In this document: in pieces, positions 62,331-64,000 of the stretch
How the letters are laid out: every line of letters begins with the position of its first letter
Position numbering within the stretch: the first letter of the stretch is position 1
Assembly: GCA_045837725.1 (NCBI GenBank)
Contig: JBEWZL010000044.1
Coordinates: forward strand, 310,001 to 374,000
Reading direction: 5' to 3'
DNA length: 64,000 nt
Origin: Vermamoeba vermiformis
Taxonomy: Eukaryota
The notes under the pieces: generated by a model
What the model saw: the letters and a program-made list of their open reading frames with translations, nothing else
What the model was told of the DNA's origin: nothing
The model's database searches: none
Position numbers and translations under genes: made by a program

Positions 62331-64000
62331 ATGGCAAATATTAAAACTGTGACGCGGCTGCCATCTGCTGCCCAGCTGCTCGATAGCACTCGTCGTACGT
62401 ATTGGCGGCATATATAATAAATGCAGTATATTAATCGACGAATTAGCCGTGTTCGTGTGGGGCGACAGCGAGTTCGGCAAGCTCGGATACGGCCAAGAAG
62501 CTCCGTGCAAAGTGCCGGAGAAATTGAAGACTATTCGCGGCGATAAAGTCATATATATCGTGTGTGGAGCTCATAATACGGCATTTATTGGAGGTACGCA
62601 CAAAGTATAATTATTTTAAATTGAATTTTATTTAAAAAAATTACTGCAATTACCTGACACTTGCGATCATAATATTGCATTAATTTCAATATGTACGGGC
62701 GTTATATAATTAATAAAATAACGCGCAAATTGACGGTCAGTTACTAACGCATCTGAATTCTACCAACAGAATCTGGTGCGATATATATTGCAGGACGAGG
62801 CAAATCAATGCACCGTCAAGAATCGAGTGTGTTGGGCTTGGATGTGCTCGATCCTTTCATCGCCAGTCCCAAAAAATTAGCGTTCAACTTTCCAAATAAG
62901 GTAAGTGCGATCACGTGCCACACGCAACTCTACTCACCGCTGTTGCAGATCAAACAAATACAGCTGGGCAACTACCACGCGATGGCCCTGACCACTCAGG
63001 GCGAAGTGTTCACGTGGGGCTGGGGCGAGCAAGGACAGCTCGGCCACGGCGACGACAGCAATCAGCCGCTGCCCAAATTAGTCGAAACTCTGCGCGAGGT
63101 GCTGTACATCGGTGCTGGCACGCAGTTCTCGATGGCACTGACCTACTACGGCGAACTGTACGCGTGGGGCCACAACGACATGGGGCAGCTGGGCATCGGC
63201 AACACCACCATGCAGAAGTCACCCGTGCGCGTCAAGAAGGTGCAGAATGTGCTGCACTTTGCTTGCGGTACCTCGCACGCTGTTGCAGTCACGTGGGAGG
63301 GCGCGGGCATGCAGAGTGTGGTGTGGCAGTGGGGACAGCAGAACACGCACGGCAAGGTGAGTACGGCAGCTATTTATAGGCGCATCACTCATCACGTGAC
63401 AGGTGCAAACACTGCCGCTCGAAGTGAATGAACTCACCAACAAGGGCATTCATCGCGTGGCATGTGGCGAGTGGCACACCCTGGCACTCAGTCTCTCTGG
63501 CGAGGTCTACACGTGGACACTCGGTCAGACCGCGACACGTGTCAAAGATCTGAGTGGCGTGTGCGTGAAACAAGTGGCATGTGGCTCCCATCACTCGCTC
63601 GCACTCGACGATCACGGTGTGGTCTGGTCGTGGGGCAGCAGAAATCACTCGGGACAGCTCGGCAGACTCACGGCTCCCTCTTCATCTTCCGCGCAGTCCA
63701 CCGCCAGTCCTGGTACTATGCGCAGTGCTCCTCCCACTGGCGGGGTAGATCCGAATGTTGCAGATCTGATTGCAGATCTACTCACCGTACCAGGGCCGAA
63801 TGAAGAGACGAAGCCCACACTGAGTGCCTCCAGCGAGAACAAGCCCCTCCCCCTGCTGCCCATCAGTTCAGTCAGTTGCGGCGCCTATCACTCGGTGGCA
63901 CTCTCCGAGTCCGACCCGTTCAAACTCGCGCAGTACCGTCTGTTGCGCATTGAACGCAGCTACGCGCTCAAGATGCAGGTGGTGGTCGAGCAGTACATGC
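62331..64000 (+). CDS. RCC1-repeat protein, probably followed by a DH (RhoGEF) domain; truncated by the window end
   Basis: VFVWGDSEFGKLG, GEVFTWGWGEQGQLGHG, LYAWGHNDMGQLG and VACGSHHSLAL. The final LLRIERSYALKMQVVVEQYM resembles the first DH helix. The start codon is tentative. Confidence 0.85.

Noticed and set aside
1-64000. Frequent AGATCT hexamers
   Set aside because: A rough count suggests only about a twofold excess, which cannot be separated from composition without computation.

Overview
Gene-dense, intron-rich DNA from a microbial eukaryote, most likely an amoebozoan-type protist (inferred from ~40-70 nt GT-AG introns, short intergenic gaps, a WW-MyTH4-RhoGAP and a TKL kinase; the species cannot be named from sequence alone). 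I can support about 30 spliced protein-coding genes, including NUP133, acyl-CoA oxidase, PPCS, AspRS, RTEL1, RAD51, ZNF830, MOG1, ORC2, TBC1D5-like, FolD, Cdh1/FZR1 and DDX49. CDS coordinates span start to stop codon including introns and were reconstructed by eye, so some ends may be off by an exon. The most striking unexplained signal is a dispersed 12-bp palindrome, TGACAC[G/C]TGTCA or its reverse complement, with about 27 exact copies by hand count. The copies lie in introns and coding exons, overlap splice signals, imprint T-R/P/G-V peptides on unrelated proteins, and are almost absent from the first 27 kb. Other notable items: a U12-type AT-AC intron in ZNF830; intron-containing genes from mainly prokaryotic or phage families (DUF5662-like, GH110-like, DUF3592-like); a secreted ADP-ribosylglycohydrolase-like protein; an intronless PA-domain 7TM receptor; a degenerate nested inverted-repeat element at 52.6-53.9 kb; and a candidate intronic C/D snoRNA.
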